Positions 19,282 to 28,220 of a DNA stretch of 64,000 nt are shown here, one piece after another. Below the pieces are notes generated by a model. That model was given only the letters and a program-made list of their open reading frames with translations, made no database searches and was not told the origin of the DNA. How positions within the stretch are numbered: the stretch's first letter is position 1; every line of letters begins with the position of its first letter. The translations under genes and the position numbers were made by a program. The stretch is taken from the IMG/VR virus record IMGVR_UViG_3300025127_006147, positions 130,482-194,481 of that record. One strand, written 5' to 3'. Source of the stretch: a virus.

Positions 19282-20064
19282 ATGGTAGAAAAAATTATGG
19301 AACCTCTAACAAAAACTCACATCGAATCAGTAGCACCTTCAGTATACGCTACATCACCCTCAACTAATGTCTCTGACAAATACAGTTTTATCCCAACAAC
19401 CCAAATAATGAATGATTTGGGACAAGAAGGTTGGCAAGTTTATGACGCTAGTCAACGTAACTCTAGAACTGGACAAGGAATGTTTACTAAACATATGTTG
19501 AGATTTAGAAACAATGATGTACCTATGGTAGACGGTATTGTTCCAGAAATCGTTCTAACTAATTCACACGATGGTCGAAACGCTTTTAACCTACACGCTG
19601 GACTATTTCGTTTAGTTTGTTCTAACGGACTGGTAATCGCTGACCAAACTTTTGAAAAAGTAAAAATTAAACATCAATGGTATAACCTTAACGATGTTCA
19701 AGAAATTACAGATAAAGTAGTAACTTCAATTCCTAAAATTATGGGTTGTGTAGATAACTTCAAAAAAACTAACCTAACTGAGGCAGCTAAAAAAGATTTC
19801 GCTAAAAAAGCTATCCTTACTCGTTGGAAAGATGGTCAAGATTATCTACCTCTATCTGAAATCCTTAAACCAACCAGAGGTGCAGACCAAGGAAATAAAC
19901 TTTGGGAAGTATTCAATATCATCCAAGAGAAAATTATTCGTGGGGGAATTACATACTACTTGGCTTCGGGAAGACAACAAACTGTTCGAGAGTTGACCAA
20001 CATTGACCAACGATTAAACGTCAACAAAAAACTTTGGACACTAGCGGAAGAGTATGTGTCGTAA
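19282..20064 (+). CDS. DUF932/DUF945 family protein
   Basis: SDKYSFIPT, KHMLRFR, PEIVLTNSHDG..AF.LHAGLFRLVCSNGL, LWEVFN.IQE. Confidence 0.88.
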   Translation: MVEKIMEPLTKTHIESVAPSVYATSPSTNVSDKYSFIPTTQIMNDLGQEGWQVYDASQRNSRTGQGMFTKHMLRFRNNDVPMVDGIVPEIVLTNSHDGRNAFNLHAGLFRLVCSNGLVIADQTFEKVKIKHQWYNLNDVQEITDKVVTSIPKIMGCVDNFKKTNLTEAAKKDFAKKAILTRWKDGQDYLPLSEILKPTRGADQGNKLWEVFNIIQEKIIRGGITYYLASGRQQTVRELTNIDQRLNVNKKLWTLAEEYVS

Positions 20065-20084
20065 AAAGTTAAAACTTATTTAAT

Positions 20085-20114
20085 AAAAAAAACCCTCCTA
20101 CTGGAGGGTTTTTT
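20085..20114. terminator. bidirectional intrinsic terminator
   Basis: AAAAAAACCCTCC-TACT-GGAGGGTTTTTT between convergent genes. Confidence 0.85.
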
Positions 20115-20132
20115 CGTTTAGATTGGTACTAC

Positions 20133-20549
20133 TTAAAAGGTATAGGATAAACCAATATTAATTGCTCCATCTCTATCCCCATTTTCGTTTTCTTTTAAAC
20201 CAACATTATATCTAGGTTCAAAACACAACCCTTTCCACACATCTAGTGAATAACCAAGACCTAATTCCATATTGTCTATTACTTCTTCGGTTGGAGCTTG
20301 TATTGTTACAAATACATTTTCTTTCCATAAGTAACGACTATACAAATCATAGTCTTCACCATTCTTTACTAGTCCAAAAAAACAGTTATCAGCTACTTTG
20401 TAAGCTATACCTATATTTTCAGTGAAATTGGATGTTCCCCATTCTTCTCCTTCTCCAGGTTCTGTAACAGTAGTTACTGTTAAAAAGTTTTGTGAAAAAG
20501 AGAACAATGATAATGAACATATAATGAAGGTTAAAAATAATTTTTTCAT
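20133..20549 (-). CDS. signal-peptide protein, outer-membrane beta-barrel-like
   Basis: MKKLFLTFIICSLSLFSFSQ signal; alternating strands ELGLGYSLDV, FEPRY, INIGLSYTF with terminal Phe. Confidence 0.65.
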   Translation of the reverse strand: MKKLFLTFIICSLSLFSFSQNFLTVTTVTEPGEGEEWGTSNFTENIGIAYKVADNCFFGLVKNGEDYDLYSRYLWKENVFVTIQAPTEEVIDNMELGLGYSLDVWKGLCFEPRYNVGLKENENGDRDGAINIGLSYTF

Positions 20550-20664
20550 AGTTTTAATCTTCTTTAATTTTTTATACTTTATTTTTTATTAAAGAGGAAA
20601 ATAAAATAAAAAACCTCTTATATATCAAGCCTCGGAATTAACCGAGGCCTAATATAACATCATC

Positions 20665-20889
20665 TTATTTTCTGTCAATGATTTTTAACAGGAGAATTAC
20701 AGCGATAAGTCCTACAAACCCAGAATTCCCTAAAGAATCGATAAGTCCAGTAACATTACCCACTACATCCATACCAAAAACTGGTCCACCGAATAATACT
20801 TGGACTAATACGCCTACTGATAAGAAAGTAATCAATAAATCTGATACTCCCGTAAAAAATCCTTTAATCATACCAAAAACATTTTCCAT
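20665..20889 (-). CDS. small membrane protein
   Basis: 74 aa, two to three hydrophobic segments. Confidence 0.7.
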   Translation of the reverse strand: MENVFGMIKGFFTGVSDLLITFLSVGVLVQVLFGGPVFGMDVVGNVTGLIDSLGNSGFVGLIAVILLLKIIDRK

Positions 20890-21146
20890 TTTACATTTTT
20901 TTATTTAAAGGTTTAGGTACATACACGTGCTCTGTACTAGTGTTAAGAAATACTAGTTTCCTGTTCACTACTCAAATAATTAAGAACTTAATTTAAAAAA
21001 ATTAAAACTGTAAAGATATTTTTTTTATCGTAAATCTTTATAAAAAACCTATATGTTGAGTTTTGATTTAAGTAACCTTTAATTTTTTTATTAATAATGA
21101 CAGTTGATAGTCTTGTAAAAACTATTTTTTTACGACAAAAAATAGG

Positions 21147-21178
21147 TTTGTTTCTATAAAATTTTTTACCTATATTTG
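21147..21178 (+). promoter_or_regulatory. Bacteroidota-type promoter, probably giving a leaderless mRNA
   Basis: TTTG 21147-21150, TATATTTG 21171-21178, ATG at 21183. Confidence 0.7.
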
Positions 21179-21182
21179 TTTT

Positions 21183-23099
21183 ATGAGTAAAAAAACCACA
21201 AAATGGGAAACAATTTTTAAAGATGTAGACGAAAAATTTGAACTATTATCTTATGAAGACAGTAATTTAATTCCCACAGACAATAATCAAAACGAAGAAG
21301 AAGAAGTGTTTGCCTTGAATGGTAATAGAGTAATCACTCGACCACTTAGTGACCAGTGGGCAAAAAAAACTAGTGTACCTTACGTGCAAAAAAAAGATGT
21401 TAAGGGTATAAAACATGTGGAGGTGGGGTTCTTTACACCTAAAAGTGATATCCAATTTATAGGGGAGAAAGAGTGGTTAGAAAAATCTGTGGACATACTC
21501 AATAGTGCTTTGGTTAGGAGAACAACACTAGTCTTAGAAAAAAATGAAGATAAGATTAAATTATCTCTATTTAATTTTTGTAAAAGTAGAAGTGTCGGTC
21601 ATAGGTATTTTGCTAAACAAAGTAATGACATTCACATTACCTTTAATTTAAAAACTAAAAACTTTTATATAACTACTTCTACTTTTGTTAATAGACGTAA
21701 AAGAACTAGTACAACCAAGAACGATTTTTCAAAAATTATAAACATAATTAACCCTTTAAAGTTCATTAATACATTTGGTGGGTTAGTACACCCCACCCAA
21801 ACTACAGCAAGTAACTCATTTTATCCGCTACATCGACCAACACCCAAAGTAGAACCCATAAAAGCGTTGATAGAATTAGTAGAAGAATTAGATGTGGATA
21901 TTAGTGTGGTTCCACATGATATCAATTCCCCCTCTGAACTATTAAGTCAAATTATTGTAAAATGGTTTGTTAAAGTATGGGGAATTAAAACTTCCAACGA
22001 TTACACTTATTATTTACTCAAACATTATCCTGGGATTAAAAAGTTAAGAAAATATGATATGAACTTAATTCATACTATATTAGGTGAAAGAGAACTTAAA
22101 GGTAAGTTTTACAATAAATTACTTAATCTAGAACCAGAGATTAATATAACAGACCTACACTTCCTCCAAAAAACTTTAGGTGATGATGGGGTAAAAAGAA
22201 TATCGACCCATCTACTAGCTTATAGTAAAAATTTTGAGGATAGTAAGTTTACTCAACCAGAACATTTAATTACTAATATTGGTTATTGTGATGAACTATC
22301 CAAGTATGAGAAAAATAATATAATCAATATATACAATACCTGTAAAGACCCTACACGTATTGGAGGTTTTATAGATTTACTGTTAGACCATTTTAAAATT
22401 AAAAATAAACTACAAGGATACGGTATTCTTAAAAAGATAAAAGCTAAAACCTTGGATAAATTTAATGAGGAACATAGTGAATGGTCTAATTTACTTCATG
22501 AATGTGAAAGAACCACACAAGTCAATTATATCTACCCTAATGATTTTATTACTCACATAGAAAAACCTATACAATTAGATGGTGATATATATTTTGTAAA
22601 AGTATTAAAGGACGATAATGATTATTTTAAAGAAGGGCAAATACAAAATCACTGTGTACGAACTTATTTGGATAAATACAAAAGTATTATAATTTCAGTA
22701 AGAAAAAATCACGAAAGTGGGATGGAAAGAATGACCTGTGAATTTGTTAGTAATTCTGAAATTACCAACATTAGACATATTAAAGATTATTCCAACACAC
22801 CAACCCTGGTTCAAGCTAGAATGAAATATAATAATAATCCAGTAGGTAATTGGGAAGTCGCTATGAAAGTTTTACGAAAAGAGTTTTTAGATTATACTTG
22901 CAAACCTAGAAATAATACAAGACCTATTATTAAAATAAGTAATAAAATGACAAACCACATTGAGACTTTAAAATATGATGTGAAGGTTAATAGGTATATA
23001 AGTGATGATGAGGTAATCCGCCAAGACCCAAATGTTACTTTACCTACAATACCTAGAGTTAGACATGAAAATTATATGAGAGATGATTTACCTTTTTAA
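21183..23099 (+). CDS. PcfJ-domain protein
   Basis: C-terminal VKVLK...YFKEGQIQNHCVRTY...IISVR, matching the PcfJ-like motif EG....HCV..Y. Confidence 0.75.
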   Translation: MSKKTTKWETIFKDVDEKFELLSYEDSNLIPTDNNQNEEEEVFALNGNRVITRPLSDQWAKKTSVPYVQKKDVKGIKHVEVGFFTPKSDIQFIGEKEWLEKSVDILNSALVRRTTLVLEKNEDKIKLSLFNFCKSRSVGHRYFAKQSNDIHITFNLKTKNFYITTSTFVNRRKRTSTTKNDFSKIINIINPLKFINTFGGLVHPTQTTASNSFYPLHRPTPKVEPIKALIELVEELDVDISVVPHDINSPSELLSQIIVKWFVKVWGIKTSNDYTYYLLKHYPGIKKLRKYDMNLIHTILGERELKGKFYNKLLNLEPEINITDLHFLQKTLGDDGVKRISTHLLAYSKNFEDSKFTQPEHLITNIGYCDELSKYEKNNIINIYNTCKDPTRIGGFIDLLLDHFKIKNKLQGYGILKKIKAKTLDKFNEEHSEWSNLLHECERTTQVNYIYPNDFITHIEKPIQLDGDIYFVKVLKDDNDYFKEGQIQNHCVRTYLDKYKSIIISVRKNHESGMERMTCEFVSNSEITNIRHIKDYSNTPTLVQARMKYNNNPVGNWEVAMKVLRKEFLDYTCKPRNNTRPIIKISNKMTNHIETLKYDVKVNRYISDDEVIRQDPNVTLPTIPRVRHENYMRDDLPF

Positions 23100-23147
23100 T
23101 CATAATTTGTATATTTTCTTAAAATAAATTTTTTTATAACAAATAAG

Positions 23148-24227
23148 ATGAAAGTAAAATTAGAGTACATTTGGTTGGACGGAAATGAACCAACACAAAA
23201 ATTAAGAAGTAAAACCAAAGTTTGGGATTATGACCCAATGAATAATCCTAAGATGCAAACTAAAAGAACTATGGCATATAACGGTAGAGTGATACCTTGT
23301 CCTGAGGAATTACCTAACTGGAGTTTTGATGGTTCTTCTACACAACAAGCTATAGGGAATAGTTCAGATTGTATACTTAAACCAGTTCACGTTATAATGG
23401 ACCCACAAAGATTAGATGGTTATCTAGTAATGTGTGAAGTTCTTAATTCAGACGGGACACCACACGTTAGTAATAAAAGGCATGACTTAATAGATGATGA
23501 CCAGTACTGGTTTGGATTTGAACAAGAGTATACTTTAACTAAAACGGGAGGAGTTCCTCTAGGTTTCCCAGTTGAAGGTTTCCCTAAACCACAAGGAGAT
23601 TACTATTGTGGTATTGGAGCGGAAAATGTCGTTGGACGTGATATAGTGGAAGAACACTTACAAGTTTGTTTAGAGGCTAATCTTAACATAACTGGAACCA
23701 ATGCTGAAGTTATGTTAGGACAATGGGAATACCAGTTGTTTTCTGAAGGGGCAAAAAAAGCTAGTGATGAATTGTGGTTATCTCGTTTCCTTTTAATGAG
23801 ACTTACGGAAAAATATGATTTGAAAGTAGATTTTACCCCTAAACCAGTAGAGGGAGATTGGAATGGTTCAGGACTTCACGTTAATTTCTCAAGTGACTTA
23901 ACTAGAGAAGTGGGAGGTGATGAAATGTTTAACTCTATTTGTGAAGAAATGGGAAAAAACCATAAAGAACACATTGATGTTTATGGTGAAGAAAATGAAA
24001 AAAGATTAACTGGTTTACACGAAACACAACATATTAGTAAATTTAGTTATGGGGTAAGTGATAGAGGAGCTAGTATTCGTATTCCTATTTCTACTGTAGA
24101 AAATAACTGGAAAGGTTATTTAGAAGATAGAAGACCAGCGAGTAATGCGGACCCTTATTTGTTAACCAGAACAATTTACGCTAGTCTAGTGAGAGCCGAA
24201 AATAAATTTAGAACAATAGAAGTATAA
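23148..24227 (+). CDS. glnII: glutamine synthetase, type II
   Basis: KLEYIWLDG, WSFDGSST.QA, WFGFEQEY, PQG.YYCG.G, NAEVMLGQWEYQ, DWNGSGLH, GVSDRGASIRIP, YLEDRRPASN.DPY. Confidence 0.93.
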   Translation: MKVKLEYIWLDGNEPTQKLRSKTKVWDYDPMNNPKMQTKRTMAYNGRVIPCPEELPNWSFDGSSTQQAIGNSSDCILKPVHVIMDPQRLDGYLVMCEVLNSDGTPHVSNKRHDLIDDDQYWFGFEQEYTLTKTGGVPLGFPVEGFPKPQGDYYCGIGAENVVGRDIVEEHLQVCLEANLNITGTNAEVMLGQWEYQLFSEGAKKASDELWLSRFLLMRLTEKYDLKVDFTPKPVEGDWNGSGLHVNFSSDLTREVGGDEMFNSICEEMGKNHKEHIDVYGEENEKRLTGLHETQHISKFSYGVSDRGASIRIPISTVENNWKGYLEDRRPASNADPYLLTRTIYASLVRAENKFRTIEV

Positions 24228-24229
24228 CA

Positions 24230-24508
24230 ATGAAATTAACTTTATTTAGTCAATGGGAATGTAAAACTTGTCTAGCTTTAAAAGATAAATTAAAAGACGA
24301 AAACCTACCTTATAAATTAATAGAAGTTCTAGAACATCTAGAGTTGTGGGAGGGAATAAGACAACAACAATTAAAAGTAGACCCTAGTAGTATAATGTAT
24401 ACACCTACACTATTAGTAGAAAATAATGGAAAAGCTACATATGTTTCCGCTGGTAGAGATTTTGATACAGTTGAAGAGGCATTAGACAAACTAAAACAAT
24501 ATTTATAA
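24230..24508 (+). CDS. glutaredoxin-like (thioredoxin-fold) protein
   Basis: CKTC, cis-Pro motif YTPTL. Confidence 0.65.
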   Translation: MKLTLFSQWECKTCLALKDKLKDENLPYKLIEVLEHLELWEGIRQQQLKVDPSSIMYTPTLLVENNGKATYVSAGRDFDTVEEALDKLKQYL

Positions 24509-24510
24509 TT

Positions 24511-24822
24511 ATGGAATTAACAGATAATACATTAAAGACTACATTGAAAGACAATAAAGTAGTCTTAGTAGATTTTTGGGCAGAGTGGTGTGGACCGTGT
24601 AGAGTATTAGGACCCACAATTGAAGAACTTGAAATAGATTTTAAAGATAAAGCTATTGTAGGTAAAGTTAATGTTACGGATAATCCAGAAGTTTCTTCCC
24701 AATACAAAGTAAGAAGTATACCTACTGTTATTATATACAAAAATGGTGAGGAAGTGGAAAGATTAGTGGGATTAAGAGACAAAACATTCTATAAAGATAA
24801 AATTAATTACTATTTAAATTAA
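24511..24822 (+). CDS. trxA: thioredoxin
   Basis: VDFWAEWCGPC, VRSIPT. Confidence 0.93.
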   Translation: MELTDNTLKTTLKDNKVVLVDFWAEWCGPCRVLGPTIEELEIDFKDKAIVGKVNVTDNPEVSSQYKVRSIPTVIIYKNGEEVERLVGLRDKTFYKDKINYYLN

Positions 24823-24823
24823 A

Positions 24824-25096
24824 ATGAAAACATTATTAATATATTCAGAGGAAGGATGTCCGTGGTGTACTAAAATGAAAGCTATGTTAGAAGAAAATGG
24901 TATAAAATTTTTAGTAAGGGACATTGATAGATATGATAAAGAATGGGAAAAAGTTAGTAAAGAAGCTAAAACTGACTATATACCCACCGCATGTATAGTA
25001 GACCACCAAGAAAAAAGTAAAACTTATTTAACACCAGATGTAGATTTCGAAGAAATTGAAGAAGGTGTAGAAAAAATTAAAATATTAATGAAATAA
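24824..25096 (+). CDS. glutaredoxin-like protein
   Basis: GCPWC, YIPT. Confidence 0.75.
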   Translation: MKTLLIYSEEGCPWCTKMKAMLEENGIKFLVRDIDRYDKEWEKVSKEAKTDYIPTACIVDHQEKSKTYLTPDVDFEEIEEGVEKIKILMK

Positions 25097-25707
25097 TGGG
25101 ATTAGATATTTCATATTACCCCAATGTAAAACGTATACCTGATGAAGAAGTTCCAGAAGGTGTAGAAGCATTCAACAAAGAGTATGAGGAGTGGGAAAAA
25201 AAGAGATTTAATGAAGGTAATAACACTTACTTATATTATTTAGACCCAGACCGGGGTTATTTTGGAGGTCATATGAAAGGTATAGAACCTGGTTGGTATG
25301 AAGTCCCACGAGATGATAGTAGTGTTAATTATTTTAGAGCGGGAAGTTATTCTGGATATAATAATTGGAGAAATGACCTTGCATTAGCTGCAGGATATGA
25401 AGGAGGAGCTGAAGAAGTGTGGTCAATGAGTGACCGACTCTATGAACCAGATAGTCCACCATTTTTAGAATTAATTAACTTTTCAGATTCAGAGGGCGTA
25501 ATAGGTCCTGACGTAAGTAAAAAACTTTATAATGATTTTGTTAATTACGAAAACAAAATTAAACAAGAAGTAGATAGGTGGTATCTTAAAATACATCCAG
25601 AAAAAGCATATGGTGTAGATGACACTAAATGGTTTTTATCTAAATATGAAGATTGGAAAAAAGCTTTTGAATCCGCATCCAAGGGTGGATTCGTTTCTTT
25701 CCACTAA
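25096..25707 (+). CDS. conserved phage hypothetical protein
   Basis: MGLD..Y...FRAGSYSGYNNWR...LINFSDSEG.IGP...LVSFH pattern. Confidence 0.7.
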   Translation: MGLDISYYPNVKRIPDEEVPEGVEAFNKEYEEWEKKRFNEGNNTYLYYLDPDRGYFGGHMKGIEPGWYEVPRDDSSVNYFRAGSYSGYNNWRNDLALAAGYEGGAEEVWSMSDRLYEPDSPPFLELINFSDSEGVIGPDVSKKLYNDFVNYENKIKQEVDRWYLKIHPEKAYGVDDTKWFLSKYEDWKKAFESASKGGFVSFH

Positions 25708-25754
25708 CCCTTGTCTATTCATTTTATTTTTCTTATTATTTTATCAAACATAAA

Positions 25755-26030
25755 ATGATGACCGAAGAAAATACAACCCTAGAACATATCAGAGAATTAA
25801 ATCCCGAAGCTATAGTATTAGATGGTTTAGATGACGCTATAGTTGGAGTAGGACATTCAAAAGATTTAGAACCTAGGTTGATTTATTCAGTTAACATTAT
25901 TATATTAACCCTTATGAAACGTGACAAAATGACATTACCTGAAGCTAGAGAATTTTATGACTATAACATAGCTGATGGTTATTTCGGAAATCACGGACCC
26001 ATATTTTTAGAATTACCCAGTAACAATTAA
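25755..26030 (+). CDS. conserved phage hypothetical protein
   Basis: LDGLDDAIVG, EAREFYDYNI.GY.G..GPIF. Confidence 0.7.
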   Translation: MMTEENTTLEHIRELNPEAIVLDGLDDAIVGVGHSKDLEPRLIYSVNIIILTLMKRDKMTLPEAREFYDYNIADGYFGNHGPIFLELPSNN

Positions 26031-26045
26031 AAAAAATTATCAAAC

Positions 26046-26276
26046 ATGGACGGAAAACAATTAATGTACAACGCACTCAAAACTCAATGTGAAGCAGAAA
26101 AAGCAGAAGCTGAGTTCACACTTAACAACTACATGATGAACAGTGTAGGGATTGGGGAACACCCACAACAAGTTGAAGAAGCTATGGCAGCTTTGGATAA
26201 ACTTGCTGCAGCTAATGACAAAATAGAAAATCTGGAAAGATTTATTGAAAAAGATAGAATGCACGGAACCAGATAA
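26046..26276 (+). CDS. hypothetical protein
   Basis: 76 aa, VGIGEHP motif. Confidence 0.7.
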   Translation: MDGKQLMYNALKTQCEAEKAEAEFTLNNYMMNSVGIGEHPQQVEEAMAALDKLAAANDKIENLERFIEKDRMHGTR

Positions 26277-26292
26277 AAAAAAAATTAAAAAA

Positions 26293-26328
26293 AATACCCT
26301 CTGGGGGTTGACGGAGGGATATTTTTTT
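26293..26328 (+). terminator. intrinsic terminator overlapping the next promoter
   Basis: AATACCCTC...GAGGGATATT then T tract; TTGA 26308 and TATAATTG 26330-26337 overlap it. Confidence 0.6.
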
Positions 26329-26412
26329 ATATAATTGAAGGACGTTAGTGACTTTTACTATTTTATTAACTACTTATAATACTATTCAAAAATTACTTTA
26401 ACACTAGAAACT

Positions 26413-27849
26413 ATGAATTTACGAGACGCACTTCAGACACAAGACACAGTAACCGAAAACGGGATGACAACTAACTCATCTACTTTAAATCACTGTGTAG
26501 ACCTATTCTTCCAGATAGGTGCGATGAGAGGTATGGACAAGAAGCGACTTTTTTCTAAATTCTCAAAAGCGTACAACGAAGACGCTCTAGTAGCCATGAG
26601 AATTTTATTCTGGGCAAGAGACGTAAGAGGTGGAGCTGGTGAAAGACAAATTTTTAGAGATTTACTAGGTTGGTTGTGTAGAAATCACAGTGATGTACTG
26701 AACAAAAATGTTCACTTAATTAGTGAATATGGAAGATGGGATGACATTTTGACACTTGTTGGTAGTACTAACTGTTGGTTGGAACCACTAAACTTAATCA
26801 AAACCGCTTTGGAGAACAAAGATGGGTTATGTGCAAAGTGGATGCCTAGAAAAGGAGTTAAAGCCAATACTATTAGAAAGTATATGAAAATGACACCTAA
26901 AGAGTATCGTAAAACTTTAGTAGGATTAACTAATGTGGTAGAAACCAGTATGTGTTCTAAGGAATGGGAGAATATCGATTATTCTAAATTACCATCCTTG
27001 GCATCATCTAGATATCAAAAAGCATTTCATAAAAATGACGGGGAAAGATATCGTGAGTATGTAGAGTCTTTGAAAAAAGGAACTGCTAAAATCAACGCGG
27101 GAGCGGTGTACCCTTACGACATCACTAAGTCTCTGAGATTCGGTGATATCGATGTTTCTAGTGAACAATGGAAAGCTTTACCTAACTATATGGAAGGTTC
27201 CGAAGAAAGAATTCTTCCAGTAGTTGATGTCTCAGGTTCAATGGGGTGTTCTGCGGGAAATAATCCTAACCTTACTTGTATGGATGTGGCCATCTCCCTA
27301 GGTTTATACATTTCGGAAAGAAACGTAGGTCAATTCCACGATACGTTTATAACGTTCTCGGCACGACCACAACTTCAAGTACTTAATGGTAACCTAAGGG
27401 ACAGAATGGACCAACTAGGACGAGCGGACTGGGGTATGAACACGGACCTAGAAGCGACCTTTAAACTGATTTTAGACCAAGCTGTCAAACATCGAGTTTC
27501 ACAAGATGAAATGCCAACAAAGGTATTGATTCTGTCAGACATGGAGTTTGATTCTGCTACAGGTAGACATAGAAATTGGGATGGTGTAACTGACTGGAAT
27601 CCAACCGCACAACAAATGATTAAAGGAATGTATAAAGATGCTGGATACGAAATGCCAGATGTCGTTTACTGGAACTTAAACGCTAGGAATGACAATTTCC
27701 CTACTTCAGTTAATGAGATGGGAACAGCATTAGTATCTGGTTTCTCTCCTTCAATCATGAAAAGTGTTTTAACATGTGAGGAGTTTACACCTTACAAAAT
27801 GATGATGGAGACTATCGACTCACCTCGATACGAACCAATCACGGTCTGA
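26413..27849 (+). CDS. Ro60/TROVE-like helical domain plus vWA domain (DUF2828 family)
   Basis: DLFF, ARDVRGGAGER..FR, EYGRWDD, AKWMPR, VDVSGSM (MIDAS), ILSDMEFD, LVSGFSP. Confidence 0.88.
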   Translation: MNLRDALQTQDTVTENGMTTNSSTLNHCVDLFFQIGAMRGMDKKRLFSKFSKAYNEDALVAMRILFWARDVRGGAGERQIFRDLLGWLCRNHSDVLNKNVHLISEYGRWDDILTLVGSTNCWLEPLNLIKTALENKDGLCAKWMPRKGVKANTIRKYMKMTPKEYRKTLVGLTNVVETSMCSKEWENIDYSKLPSLASSRYQKAFHKNDGERYREYVESLKKGTAKINAGAVYPYDITKSLRFGDIDVSSEQWKALPNYMEGSEERILPVVDVSGSMGCSAGNNPNLTCMDVAISLGLYISERNVGQFHDTFITFSARPQLQVLNGNLRDRMDQLGRADWGMNTDLEATFKLILDQAVKHRVSQDEMPTKVLILSDMEFDSATGRHRNWDGVTDWNPTAQQMIKGMYKDAGYEMPDVVYWNLNARNDNFPTSVNEMGTALVSGFSPSIMKSVLTCEEFTPYKMMMETIDSPRYEPITV

Positions 27850-28007
27850 TGGGTAGACCAAAGAATCTCTCCGGCAAAATTTAACTTTAAATCAAAACCA
27901 GAGAAGAGAGGTGGAAGTTACTCCCCACCTGCCAAACTAAACAAGGGGTACTTAGTCTCAGGAGTCCTAAGTAAAATAAGAGTCCACAACTTGATTCTGA
28001 CTACCCA
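27850..28007 (+). ncRNA. putative structured RNA (Y-RNA-like candidate)
   Basis: Terminal helices TGGGTAG/CTACCCA and AGAATC/GATTCT flank an internal loop; internal hairpins AGGTGG/CCACCT and TACTTAG/CTAAGTA; starts right at the TROVE stop. Confidence 0.55.
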
Positions 28008-28072
28008 GAAGATTTGACAACTATCGTGACACGGTTGGAAGGTACATCAAAAGTGTTCACGTTTATATACAA

Positions 28073-28129
28073 AGGAAGGCTACAGCAATCTTAAAATTGT
28101 AACCAAATATGACAAATGACCCCCTTCCT
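28073..28129 (+). ncRNA. putative small stem-loop RNA with ACAGCAA core
   Basis: AGGAAGG/CCTTCCT stem with CTACAGCAA on its 3' side. Confidence 0.4.
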
Positions 28130-28137
28130 GAATTATT

Positions 28138-28167
28138 AAACCCTCAGTGACGACTGGGGGTTTTTTT
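28138..28167 (+). terminator. intrinsic terminator
   Basis: AAACCCTCAGT-GACG-ACTGGGGGTTT plus T tract. Confidence 0.85.
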
Positions 28168-28168
28168 A

Positions 28169-28200
28169 TTTGGTATTTTAAAATATTTTTCTTATCTTCG
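28169..28200 (+). promoter_or_regulatory. Bacteroidota-type promoter
   Basis: TTTG 28169-28172, TATCTTCG 28193-28200 (one mismatch to TAnnTTTG). Confidence 0.55.
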
Positions 28201-28220
28201 TATTATTAAAATTAGAAATT

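Noticed and set aside
1155-24227. Eukaryotic or giant-virus origin, suggested by LRRs and type II glutamine synthetase
   Set aside because: Bacteroidota promoters, intrinsic terminators, bS21 and peptidoglycan hydrolases point to a bacteriophage.
26308-26335. E. coli-type TTGACG...TATAAT promoter implying a non-Bacteroidota host
   Set aside because: Single case with a 16-bp spacer, overlapping a terminator hairpin; it also fits TTGA plus TATAATTG of the Bacteroidota type.
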